From Octopus sinensis (Eukaryota), in contig NW_021829344.1 in NCBI RefSeq assembly GCF_006345805.1, forward strand, positions 1-6,420: a stretch of DNA of 6,420 nucleotides, read 5' to 3'. The position numbers and the translations under genes were made by a program. The notes under the pieces were generated by a model. It was not told the DNA's origin and searched no databases. It saw only the letters and a list, made by a program, of their open reading frames with translations. This document shows, one piece after another, positions 1 through 6,420 of the stretch. Every line of letters starts with the position of its first letter. Within the stretch, counting starts at the first letter, position 1.

Positions 1-512
1 CATAAGAAGAAAAGAATGAATATAACGAGTTTGATGAAGAAGAAGAACAAGAAGAACAGAAAGAAAGAGCAAGAAAGCAATGAGTAGAAGAATTAATGAC
101 AATGTTTTATTTTGCGGAATTCTGTAAAGACGCCATGACAGACAGACATTAAAGACAAGAAGAAAGAAAGAAAAACACGAGGAAAGAAAAAGAAAGAAAA
201 GAACAAAATTACAATCAGAAAACAAATAAGAAAATATCTAAAAAAAAAAAAGAAAAACGAGAAATGTTGTAAAATGCAATAATTAAAAATCATGAAATAC
301 AGCAAGGTGAAAATTAAGAAATAAAAATGAATGAAGATTGTAAAGATTGCGTAAAACAATACAAGTGTAACATCAGCAACAACATCAACAACAACAGCGG
401 CAGCAGAAGCAGCAGCAGAAGCAGCAGCAGCAGAAGCAGCAGCAGCACCTATTACCATTGAAAGGCCAAGAACGTTGCAGATATAATAACAACAACAACT
501 ACAATAACAACG
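1..512. repeat. Low-complexity A/purine-rich region with degenerate (GAA)n, (CAA)n and (GCA)n microsatellites
   Basis: gaagaagaagaacaagaagaac near 36-58, an A-run at 240-251, (gca)n/gcagaa at about 397-447, and (aac)n at about 488-512. Confidence 0.9.
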
Positions 513-524
513 ATAGTTCAGTTC

Positions 525-716
525 TAATAAAAATCCTTTCTACGATAGGCACAAGGCCAGACATTTTAGGGGAGGGGTTAAGTCGATTATGTTCACCCTA
601 GTGATCCACTTGTGCTTTATTTATCGACCACGAAAGGATGAAAGGCAAAGTCGACCTCGGCGGAATTTGAACTCAGAATGTAGCGACAGGCGATATGCCG
701 GCATGCTAACGATTCT
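525..716 (-). mobile_element. SINE family A copy A (partial head, tail type 1)
   Basis: Reverse complement of the shared core (tcgaccacgaaaggatgaaaggcaaagtcgacctcggcggaatttgaactcagaa). The tail aatcctttctacgataggcacaaggcc matches the reverse complement of the tail of copy D (about 3381-3411). Confidence 0.85.
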
Positions 717-896
717 TGTTTCTTTACTGCCCACGAGGGGCTACACAGAGAGGGGACAAACAAGGATAGACAAACGGACTAAGTCGATTATATACCAGTG
801 CGTAACTGGTACTTATTTAATCGATCCCGAAAGGATGAAAGGCAAAGTATAGCTCGGCGGAATTTGAACTCAGAACGTAAAGACAGATGGAATATC
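717..896 (-). mobile_element. SINE family A copy B (lacking the A-box part of the head, tail type 2)
   Basis: Same core. The tail tttctttactgcccacgagggg...ggacaaacaaggatagacaaacgga matches the reverse complement of about 3515-3577. Confidence 0.85.
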
Positions 897-1126
897 TATT
901 TCTATTTCTTTACTGCCACAAAGGGCGAAACACGGAGAGGTCAAACAAGGACAGACAAACGGATTACATCGACTCCAGTGCGTAGCTGGTACTTATTTAA
1001 TCGACCCCGAAAGGATGCAAGGCGAAGTCGACCTCGGCGGAAGTTGAACTGAGAAAGTAGCACCAGACGAAATACCGCTACGTATTTCGCCCGGCGTGCT
1101 AACGTTTCTGCCAGCTCCCCGTCCTT
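897..1126 (-). mobile_element. SINE family A copy C (full tRNA-like head, tail type 2)
   Basis: Minus strand reads aaggacggggagctggcagaaacgttagcacgccgggcgaaatacgtagcggtatttcgtctg...gttcaacttcc, with A-box-like tggcagaaacg and B-box-like gttcaacttcc, followed by the core and tail 2. Confidence 0.85.
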
Positions 1127-1259
1127 TAAGTTCTTATAATAATATTTGTACTACAATTGGCAAACTTCCTCAAAACGTCAGTAGTTGGCTTTTGGTGTAC
1201 AACTGGTACCTATTTTAGAACTTTCAGAACAAATGCCAGTGTGCATGTTATCCAGGTGC

Positions 1260-1303
<44 letters not shown>

Positions 1304-1310
1304 TAATAAT
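1260..1310. repeat. (AAT)n microsatellite
   Basis: About 16 near-perfect aat units. Confidence 0.97.
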
Positions 1311-1607
1311 GACAGAAAGTCGATAGATATGAAAGGTTTGCTTGGGAAGTTAAGCAGGTCGATGAAAAAGGTAGCAGTTGTAACAATAATTGTCGGAGCC
1401 CTGGGAACAGTGAGCATAAATCTCGGGAAGTACGTGGAACAAATAGGGGCTGCAATAAGGGTGGAGCACTTACGGAAAACAGCACTGCTTGGAACAACTC
1501 GAATACTCCGGAAGGTGCTCGTAAAATAAGAGGTGTCACCTTAGTTGACTGGTAATGAACAGCTGACACCATAGTACACCTCTAGCGTTACAAGCTGTGC
1601 AAAGGCA
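1311..1607 (+). mobile_element. 5'-truncated 3' end of an RLE-bearing non-LTR retrotransposon (R4/Dong-like): frameshifted ORF C-terminus plus short 3' UTR
   Basis: 1313-1357 encodes QKVDRYERFAWEVKQ. After a frameshift, 1359-1529 encodes SMKKVAVVTIIVGALGTVSINLGKYVEQIGAAIRVEHLRKTALLGTTRILRKVLVK*. This resembles the K..Y..L..E / V.PI.VGALG / QK.ALLGTARILR.VL terminus of R4-clade RLE ORFs. It is flanked by (AAT)n on the left and aatgatgatgatgataataa on the right. Confidence 0.85.
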
Positions 1608-2030
1608 ATGATGATGATGATAATAAATGCCCTGATGCGATGAGAGGCAGATGGCGACGACGATCATGATGGTGATGATGATGATGAAAGAAAAGAGGAA
1701 GGAGAAAGAGGAGGAAGAGGGAGAAGGAAGGGAAATCGACGGAGGAAAGGAAGGAGAAGTACGAAGGTGAGGAACAGAAGAAATAAGGGGAAGGGGATTA
1801 AAATATGGAAGAAGGGGGAGAAGGGGAAGCAGATGTTGATGATTATGAAGATGATTATTCCGATGGAAGTGATGGTGGTGGTGGTGGTGTTGTTGTTGCT
1901 GGTGTCGGTTGTGATGATGATCGTGTCGACGATGATGATGACGATGATGGAAGAGAAAAACAAGAAGGTGGAGGGGCAGGAGGAAGAAACGGGGTGGCGG
2001 AGGAAGGTAGAAAAAGAAGGACGTAGAGAA
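1608..2030. repeat. Compound low-complexity tract: (GAT)n, GGA/GAA polypurine, (GGT)n, (GTT)n
   Basis: gatgatgat at 1610-1621, 1668-1687 and 1913-1948; ggtggtggtggtggtgttgttgtt at about 1874-1897; purine-rich spacers between them. Confidence 0.9.
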
Positions 2031-2299
2031 GGAACATTATATTGCTGTTGCCGCCAACTAGTCTAAATGCACCTTGGACTCATAGTAACCTTGCACAGTA
2101 CAGTACTAGTAAGCTTGTATCGTTTATTCTACCGTACGCATACCCGTAATTTCGTTTAATTATTTAAGCATGTTTAATATTTGTTTAATTTGAAGTGTGA
2201 CCACCCTCTTTTACGGACAAAAAAAATCAGTAATCTGGAAAGGCTATGGAACTAATGGTTCCGAAAAATCAATGTTGTACTCGAATTAAAAACCATAAA

Positions 2300-2850
2300 A
2301 TTACCAACAGCAACATTTGCAGTATGAGTAACAACAACACCTCAACAGTAACAACAACGACAACGACAACAACACAACAACAACATTCATAGCAACAACA
2401 ATAGAAAAAATACAACAGCAATAAGAAAAAATATAAATAATTAAGAACCATAGAAATAACAAAAAAACTAGTAACCGAGACTAGTAGCACCTACACAGTC
2501 AACAACAACAACAACCACAACAACACCAACAAAAAGTAAAAGAGAAAACATCAGTTATAACAACAACAATAACAGTAAAAATGAAATAAATCTTTAGTAA
2601 AGAAACAATAATAATAATAATAATAACAATCCGAACAATATCAATAACAACACTAATAAAAAAATAAAAGTAACACAATAAAATTACGTCAGTTATAAAA
2701 GAAAGAAAAAAAAACACAAAATAAATAAATAAATAAATAAATAAATTCGTAGTAACAACAAATACCAGCAACAATACCAACAAGAACAACATCAACAACA
2801 ACAACAACAACAAGATCAGCAACAACTACAACAATAATTATAATAAGAGT
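2300..2850. repeat. Degenerate (CAA)n/(AAT)n/(TAAA)n microsatellite region
   Basis: Repeated aacaacaac runs, (aat)n at 2607-2626 and (aaat)n at about 2719-2746. Confidence 0.9.
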
Positions 2851-3053
2851 GGCAGCAGAACTAAGATGAAAGACTTTTAATATGAAAGGCATCAGAAGAT
2901 TCTAGTTACAAAAATCGTTGGTTGTAATAGTTTCGTAGAAGTTTCGACTTGTATCGAACTAACTGAATAGTTTAGCAGTGTATTGATCTACGGTTTGTAA
3001 CTAACCGACAACAAACACTAACACATTACTGTTATTAATATTAAGCGATGTCA

Positions 3054-3182
3054 AAGGTGGAAAGATGGCGCAATTGTTAACGCGACGAGCAAAACAACAA
3101 CAACCAAAAAAAAAAAAAACTGTTTCACGGTATTTCTTCTCGATCTGTGTGTGTTTTTCGTATTATTATAAGGTTGTGAGTT
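3054..3182 (+). mobile_element. Degenerate family A SINE head (probable host of the nested insertions that follow)
   Basis: aaggtggaaagatggcgcaattgttaacgcgacgagcaaaa...tgtttcacggtatttcttct aligns by eye to the heads at 3940-3999 and 1126-1066 (minus). It ends in gttgtgagtt, similar to gttctgagtt. Confidence 0.55.
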
Positions 3183-3189
3183 AAATCTG

Positions 3190-3411
3190 GGAACTGGCAG
3201 GCGCGTTAACACACCGGGAGAAAAAAAAAACGCTTAGCGGCATTTCGTCTGTCTTTACGTTCTGAGTTTGAATTCCACCGGGGTCGACTTTTCCGTTCAT
3301 TCTCTCGGGGTCGATAAATTAAGTACCATTGAAATACTAGGGTCGATATAACGAATAGTTCCCTCTCGCCCTAAAAATTCAGGTCTTGTGCCTATATTAG
3401 AAAGGATTATT
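3190..3411 (+). mobile_element. SINE family A copy D (head, core, tail type 1)
   Basis: ctggcaggcgcgttaacacaccggg...cgcttagcggcatttcgtctgtctttacgttctgagtttgaattcc, then the core, then the tail ...ggtcttgtgcctatattagaaaggattatt. Confidence 0.85.
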
Positions 3412-3577
3412 TCGTTCTGAGTTCAAATTCCACCGAGGTCGACTTTGCTTTTCATCCTTTCGGGGTCGATAAATTAAGTACCAGTTACGCACTGGAGTCC
3501 ATATAATCGACTTAATCCGTTTGTCTGTCCTTGTTTGTCCCTTCTGTGTTTAGCCCCTTGTGGGTAATACAGAAATA
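3412..3577 (+). mobile_element. SINE family A copy E (B-box onward, tail type 2)
   Basis: B-box-like gttcaaattcc at 3421-3431; core gtcgactttgcttttcatcctttcggggtcgataaattaagtacc at 3438-3482; tail ending tagccccttgtgggtaatacagaaata. Confidence 0.85.
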
Positions 3578-3743
3578 GGTATTTCGCCCGTCATTACTTT
3601 CTGAGTTCAAATTCAGCCGAGTTCCTCTTTGACTTTCATCCTTTTGGAGTCGATGTATTGAGTACCAGTGAAACAGTGGATTCGATATAATAGACACAAT
3701 TCCCCTCTTTTCAGCTCTTCTGCCTTTATTACAAAGGATTATT
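3578..3743 (+). mobile_element. SINE family A copy F (starts at ggtatttcg, degenerate tail type 1)
   Basis: ggtatttcgcccgtcattactttctgagttcaaattc, core ctttcatccttttggagtcgat, tail ending acaaaggattatt. Confidence 0.8.
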
Positions 3744-3755
3744 TCGTTCTGAGTT

Positions 3756-3927
3756 AAGGTGATGAGCTGTTATGACCGTTAATATGCCAGACGAAATGCT
3801 CTACGGTATTTCTGAGTTCAGATTCGGCCGAGTTCGACTTTGCCTTTCATTGTTTAAGGGACGATGTAATTGACCAGTCCCCTATCCACAAGTCTGAGGC
3901 CTTGCGCGTAGATTAGAAAGGATCAAT
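3756..3927 (+). mobile_element. SINE family A copy G (head with internal deletions, tail type 1)
   Basis: aaggtgatgagctg...gacgaaatgctctacggtatttctgagttcagattc, core ttcgactttgcctttcat, tail aggccttgcgcgtagattagaaaggat. Confidence 0.8.
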
Positions 3928-3939
3928 ACGCTTTCAGTT

Positions 3940-4040
3940 AAGGCGGTGAGCTGGCTGAATTGTTAGCACGCCGGATGAAATGTTTAATGGGATTTCGTCC
4001 ACCAAGGTCGACTTTGCTATTCATCCCTTCCGAGTTAATG
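3940..4040 (+). mobile_element. SINE family A copy H (head and partial core; B-box deleted, 3' truncated)
   Basis: aaggcggtgagctggctgaattgttagcacgccggatgaaatgtttaatgggatttcgtc joined directly to caccaaggtcgactttgctattcatccctt. Confidence 0.8.
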
Positions 4041-4049
4041 ATTACTACT

Positions 4050-4170
4050 GTAAGGGCGCAGGCGTCTATGCATTGCTCAGCCACTTGTACGTTCATTTCA
4101 CGCGCAGACTGTCTCGTTGATAGGATCAAGTGGATTAGTCACCGTCTCATCGGACGGAGAGCCAGTGTCA
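4050..4170 (+). mobile_element. Probable 3' fragment of a different interspersed repeat or SINE
   Basis: GC-richer island (gcattgctcagccacttgtacgttcatttcacgcgcag...ggacggagagccagt) between family A and TA/TG-rich sequence. It resembles a cephalopod repeat end from recollection only, and is single copy in this window. Confidence 0.4.
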
Positions 4171-4287
4171 GTTTGCTGCACGTCTACGTATTTGCATATG
4201 TATTATGTATAACTGTATGTATAAACATATCTTTGCAGGTCTACTTATATACGTATAGGTGCGTACGTAAGTCTGTATGTATTACAT

Positions 4288-4451
4288 AGGTCCAGGAGTG
4301 GGTGTGTGGTACGAAGCTTGCTTACAAACCACATGGTTCAGTGTTCAGTTTCACTGAATGACAACTTAGGCGAGTGTATAACCACCATAGCCACGGGCCG
4401 ACCAAAAACTTGTGAGTAGATTTGGTAGACGGAAACGAAAGATGCCCCTCG

Positions 4452-4502
<51 letters not shown>

Positions 4503-4675
4503 TTGACTCCTCACCATCGCTGTCGGAGTGTTTACGTTCCCTGTAACCAAGTGGTTTGGCATAAGAGTATGATGGAATAACTACTAGGCTTACATAGAAT
4601 AAAGGCGGTGAATTAAGACTAAAGGCGGTGCTTCGGCATGGCCGCAGTCAAAAGGCTGAAACAAGTAAAAGAAAA
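4288..4675 (+). mobile_element. Second tRNA-derived SINE (family B, CORE-like) with an internal microsatellite
   Basis: A-box-like tgggtgtgtgg (4299-4309), B-box-like gttcagtttc (4343-4352), degenerate CORE-like acaacttaggcgagt (compare accttgggcaagt), (TA)n(TG)n at 4453-4502, and a 3' part ending gcatggccgcagtcaaaaggctgaaacaagtaaaagaaaa. Confidence 0.75.
4453..4502. repeat. (TA)n(TG)n compound microsatellite
   Basis: Directly visible dinucleotide runs. Confidence 0.97.
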
Positions 4676-4728
4676 TGTGTATGCAAATGTGAGTATGTTT
4701 GATGTATGTATAATTACATCACCTGCTT

Positions 4729-5155
4729 ACAGTGTCGCAGTATTTAGATTTGCAACCACAATATGCAGTCCTCTATAAGAAAAAGCTTATACTGTGACCT
4801 ATGTCCTGTGTTGGCAGTGCGATTTCCTGACTTTTAAGACACCTCAGCGTGTTTTCTCGGAACTTAGTAAAGCCAGCAATTAATATGCAAGTACGAATTG
4901 CCAAGAATGTGTTTAATGAGTAGGCTGGTGTATCGAATAGTGTTACATCACAAAATATGCAATTGGTGCGTGGATGGTTAATGAGTTGGTTCTGGTGCTG
5001 AAGAAGGAGAAAAAACTGCGAAAATATCCGGCCTATTTTTTCAAACCTTCGATCTCATTGTCTATATACATGAATTCGTTTTCAAAACGTTGTAGCTATC
5101 AATGGTGGAAACTAGATTCTATAGCATATATACAGAGATAACTTAAAAGTGATAT
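4729..5155 (+). mobile_element. Decayed Penelope-like element end (GIY-YIG endonuclease C-terminus plus pseudo-LTR region)
   Basis: Frame +1 at 4729-4923 reads TVSQYLDLQPQYAVLYKKKLIL*PMSCVGSAIS*LLRHLSVFSRNLVKPAINMQVRIAKNVFNE*, resembling the PLE terminus (..QHL...P.C...Y...E..FI...KP.LN.Q). A hammerhead-like core lies 75 nt after the stop. The right boundary is approximate, placed at the start of the tgta repeats. Confidence 0.6.
4992..5033 (+). ncRNA. Minimal type I hammerhead-ribozyme-like motif (probably degenerate)
   Basis: CTGAAGA at 4998-5004, an extra A, stem II GGAG/CTGC (3 of 4 pairs) around an A6 loop, GAAA at 5020-5023, and TC at 5027-5028 as the putative cleavage site. Stems I and III are weak. 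Confidence 0.5.
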
Positions 5156-5512
5156 AAATGTGAATGTATGTATGTATGTGTGTATGTGAGTAGGTAACAG
5201 TTAATGAGACATTTTACTCTTGTTCTCGTTTTCATTTGACATATTGCGTGTCAAAATAAAATTTGTCCTCGTTTACTCTCTCTACATCACTTTAACATTT
5301 CTCATACGCATGCGCACACACACACGTACGCCACACGCACACAATCTCTCCACGCTCACTGTCTCACTTCACTCCATACTGCTTTTATTTCAAACCTTAA
5401 ACATTCCTCTATCTCACCTGCCATATACCAGAGATATCACTTGCCAAACTTATCAATCAATATATAGCATCTATTATCCATAATACGCCTACTCACTTTC
5501 TCGTTCCACAAA

Positions 5513-5534
5513 GATAGACACACACAAACACAGC

Positions 5535-5579
<45 letters not shown>

Positions 5580-5907
5580 GGACGCACACTTATGCACAAC
5601 TATTTATCGCGTGTTTGTATATATGAATATTATACCTATATGCATACATACATTTATATAATATATAATATACATATGCGTATATACATATGTACGTATG
5701 TTTGTAGAATATATATATATGTATATATACATATACGTATACGTATATTTTATGCATATGTGTAGACACATGTGCATGTGTGTCTGTGTATGTGTGTGTA
5801 TATATCTGTTTATATCTGTATATATATATATATTTTAATATATATATATATATATATATGTGTGTGGTGTTTATATGTATGTATGCTTGTGTGTCCTTGT
5901 ATGTGCT

Positions 5908-5942
<35 letters not shown>

Positions 5943-5991
5943 TGTGTGTGGAAAGAGGAAGAGAATGACAGAAAGAGAGAGAGAGATAGAT
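5513..5991. repeat. Compound (CA)/(TA)n/(TG)n/(GA)n microsatellite region
   Basis: Perfect (ta)n at about 5538-5578, degenerate TA/TG at 5610-5950 and (ga)n at about 5975-5990. Confidence 0.95.
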
Positions 5992-6289
5992 CACTTCGGT
6001 AATTCTGCGACTCTGTGAGTCTTCATTGCCAATATTCCTGTTTCTACGCTTTCCACTTCTCAATATGTTTCCATGTTTCCATGTATGTCTTCTATTCACC
6101 TTTCAAACAATATAAGGAGCGAAAAAAAACAAAAACAAGATAGAAGAAAATATCGCAAAGAAAAGGAATTCCTGAATATCAAAGCTTCTACTACTTCTAT
6201 TCTTTTGCGAAGGTAACCAATATACTTAACATTCACCGAATTACTCTCCACGTAAATATCTGCCGCCCCAACATCTTCATATATCGCAG

Positions 6290-6420
6290 AGCAGACAATA
6301 TGCTAAGAGGTATTTTATGTTTTCGAGGTCGACAAAATAAGTAGAATATCAAAATAGGGTTTGATGTGATCGGTTATCTCCTTCTCTCGAAATTTGAAAG
6401 TTTGCGCTTCGAGCAGAAAG
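6290..6420 (+). mobile_element. Highly diverged family A SINE copy (tail type 1) running to the window edge
   Basis: gcagacaatatgctaagaggtatttt resembles the head, ttttcgaggtcgacaaaataagta resembles the core, and gggtttgatgtgatcgg...aaatttgaaagtttgcgcttcgagcagaaag resembles tail 1. Confidence 0.6.

Noticed and set aside
93-458. 121-aa minus-strand ORF with poly-Ala and Phe-rich sequence
   Set aside because: Translation of (GCA)n and A-rich low-complexity DNA, with no recognisable domain.
589-1052. Two similar ORFs (RPRKDERQSRPRRNLNSE), also at 3512-3697
   Set aside because: Antisense translations of the SINE core, not paralogous genes.
1210-1572. 120-aa minus-strand ORF
   Set aside because: Antisense to the retrotransposon fragment, with poly-Ile from (ATT)n.
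1630-1650. cctgatgcga as a hammerhead core
   Set aside because: It does not match CUGANGA and has no stem II-GAAA arrangement.
2030-2295. Island of non-repetitive sequence as a possible exon or regulatory element
   Set aside because: No convincing ORF, splice-site pair or motif; it cannot be assigned without homology data.
1664-2892. Several overlapping homopolymeric ORFs
   Set aside because: Trinucleotide microsatellite artefacts that are open in several frames.
3940-4010. tRNA gene suggested by A/B-box-like motifs in the SINE heads
   Set aside because: No cloverleaf could be formed, and the heads continue into the SINE core.
3190-4040. CRISPR-like or satellite-like periodicity of about 170-220 bp
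   Set aside because: The units are long, diverged SINE monomers without unique spacers, in a eukaryotic context with no cas genes.
3938-6099. Remaining ORFs over SINEs and TA/TG/CA repeats
   Set aside because: YI, HT and VC dipeptide repeats come from dinucleotide microsatellites and carry no coding signal.

Overview
AT-rich, gene-free eukaryotic DNA made almost entirely of microsatellites and retroelement remnants. The repeats resemble octopus/coleoid cephalopod repeats; this is from recognition and was not checked by search. No intact protein-coding gene is supported, and nearly all tracked ORFs come from low-complexity or repeat sequence. Main contents: (1) about ten copies of one tRNA-derived SINE family ('family A') in two concatemeric clusters of opposite orientation (525-1126 minus; 3054-4040 plus) plus a decayed copy at the right edge, with two alternative 3' tails and recurring tail-to-head junctions; (2) a 5'-truncated 3' end of an RLE-type (R4/Dong-like) non-LTR retrotransposon inside an (AAT)n tract (1311-1607); (3) a second, CORE-like SINE with an internal (TA)(TG) microsatellite (4288-4675); (4) a decayed Penelope-like GIY-YIG C-terminus, missing from the ORF track, followed by a minimal hammerhead-ribozyme-like motif (4729-5033). 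The most notable signal is that family A appears to insert site-specifically into the tRNA-like head of its own copies.
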